NCBI RefSeq assembly: GCF_021869535.1
Contig: NW_026262593.1
Location: forward strand, 45,446,001 to 45,510,000
Length of the DNA: 64,000 nucleotides
Source of the DNA: Mytilus californianus
Taxonomy: Eukaryota
Direction: 5' to 3'
The notes under the pieces: generated by a model
The model's input: only the letters and a program-made list of their open reading frames with translations
What the model was told of the DNA's origin: nothing
The model's database searches: none
Shown here: positions 62,331-64,000 of the stretch, in pieces
How the letters are laid out: every line of letters begins with the position of its first letter
Numbering within the stretch: position 1 is the stretch's first letter
Made by a program: the position numbers and the translations under genes

Positions 62331-64000
62331 TAAATACAGTAGAAAGGCAAATCAAATACAGATGAAAAGCTTTTCATTCGAATTTGATTTACCTTCCTTG
62401 CTACTGTTTTTACTACAAACAAGTCTCGTAAATCCAAATAAAACCTGTACATGTTCGTATTCAATTGAAACAAACCATTATTTGTTTCTTCAATGGTAGC
62501 GTTAGTAGTCATTTTGTTTTAGCAAATGCGCGTCAATATGTTAGAGAGCGACACTTTAAAATCTTCTTTTTTTTCATTTACTTACTGTTGTCCTATATCG
62601 ATATTGTTTACAAGACATCCAGCATTATGGAAACCAGTAAACAAAAATGCCAAAGACAATAGTAACACGGCAATTTCACGATCTTCACATGATGTAAAAC
62701 CAGTTCCTATTAGAAATACTCCACTTCCAACAAAACCTGATAAAATAACGCAAGCATCAGAATTAAAGAAACTATTTTAGTTTTATTATGTAACTATAAA
62801 TTTTTGTAAGGATTAAAAGCGGGAAAATGCGAATTGGGCGGATAGACCAACATCGCCTTACCATAATACGTACGTCTCTTAGTAACCTGAGTAGTTATTG
62901 AATAAATATGGTCCTACATCATGTCGATATTATGGTCTTTTATATGTTGGCATTGCACAAGCTCATACTTGTTCAGACTGTTAATTAGGTATTAACACTA
63001 AAACTGTAAGATATGTATTGATTGATACTTTACTCTAGGAGTACCTGTGAATCGGCCCTTTGTGTCTTTTGTTCATTATATTAGTTTTTTGCGCTGTTTT
63101 ATGTTTTGTGCTGCGATGCTTATCTGATGAGTCAAGCCATTTCCAACTTATAAATACTGTTTGTTTTTATACTGTGCTGTTACACAACTGTCCCAGGTTG
63201 AGGCCAACAAACATGTTTAACCCCTCCACATTCTATATTTGTCTGTTTCAAGTCAGAGGCCTGTAACTCATTGTTTGTAGTGGTTGCTGTCTCGTTTTCG
63301 TTTGTGGTTTGTCATAAATCAGGCCGTTGGATTGTAGGTTTGATTTATTTTACATTTTGTCAGGCCTTTAGAGTTTACTATACTGTATGGTTTTTTGCTA
63401 ATTTTTATAGGCTGTACGGTGACCTATAGTTCCTTAAACCAACTTTATATGGACTCTTTGATTTTTCAACTGGGATAGTGAGATAATTTTCGTCACCATT
63501 TTTGATGGTTAGTATCTACTTTTAAATGCTTTATAAATAAAACAAGTCTTGATTTGTTGTAGTTTTCTTCAGGGATACTATTCTTTTTCATCATTTTGCT
63601 AATTTTCAGACATCAGTGAACTTATCTTTAGCTGCATTATAATGGCTATTTCCTTAGTCATACATATCATTACTGTTTTTGTATTTATATATCATTTGAT
63701 CAATTGCAGATTGCTATTTCCATAAAAGGGCAGAAGATATAAAAAAGGGGGGGGGGGGGGGCAATAAAAAAACAAAGAGTCGAAAAAAGACATATTTGTA
63801 AAAAAGACTAACAAAAGTCCAACAAAACAAAAAACAGTTAATTACGAGTAAACAATATGAACATCACAAACACCGGGGAGGAACTCAGGTGCTCCGGAAA
63901 GTAAGCAGTTTGTATTTCCAAGTGACGCCCGTCGTTTCTATGTTAACCTTGCAAAATTCTCTGGTAACACTTGTCGGGGATACATTTATTATATAAAACT

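Overview
AT-rich animal genomic DNA. It is most likely a mytilid bivalve (inference from recognisable mussel-type repeat families; not database-checked). All genes were assembled by hand from GT-AG splice sites and reading frame. The left two thirds hold a cluster of four C-type lectin (CTL) genes sharing a signal-peptide exon, two lectin-domain exons and a Thr/Pro-rich mucin exon. CTL-1 (minus, 11147 to 3539, 7 exons, 561 aa) has three extra exons absent from the ORF track. They encode a linker, a transmembrane helix and a cytoplasmic tail with NPxY/YxxM tyrosine motifs, making it a type I membrane receptor. CTL-2, -3 and -4 are secreted and end in Ile-Gly or Ile-Gly plus basic residues. Further right are a single-exon GH31 glycosidase of the MYORG family (minus) and the last two exons of a sialin-like SLC17 transporter (minus). 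Intergenic and intronic DNA carries two decayed CR1/L2-type LINEs, SINEs, several MITEs (including two CAC-ended copies with 5-bp TSDs, Transib-like), degenerate hammerhead-ribozyme repeats, hairpin palindromes and tandem arrays. No CRISPR array, rRNA or intact tRNA was found.
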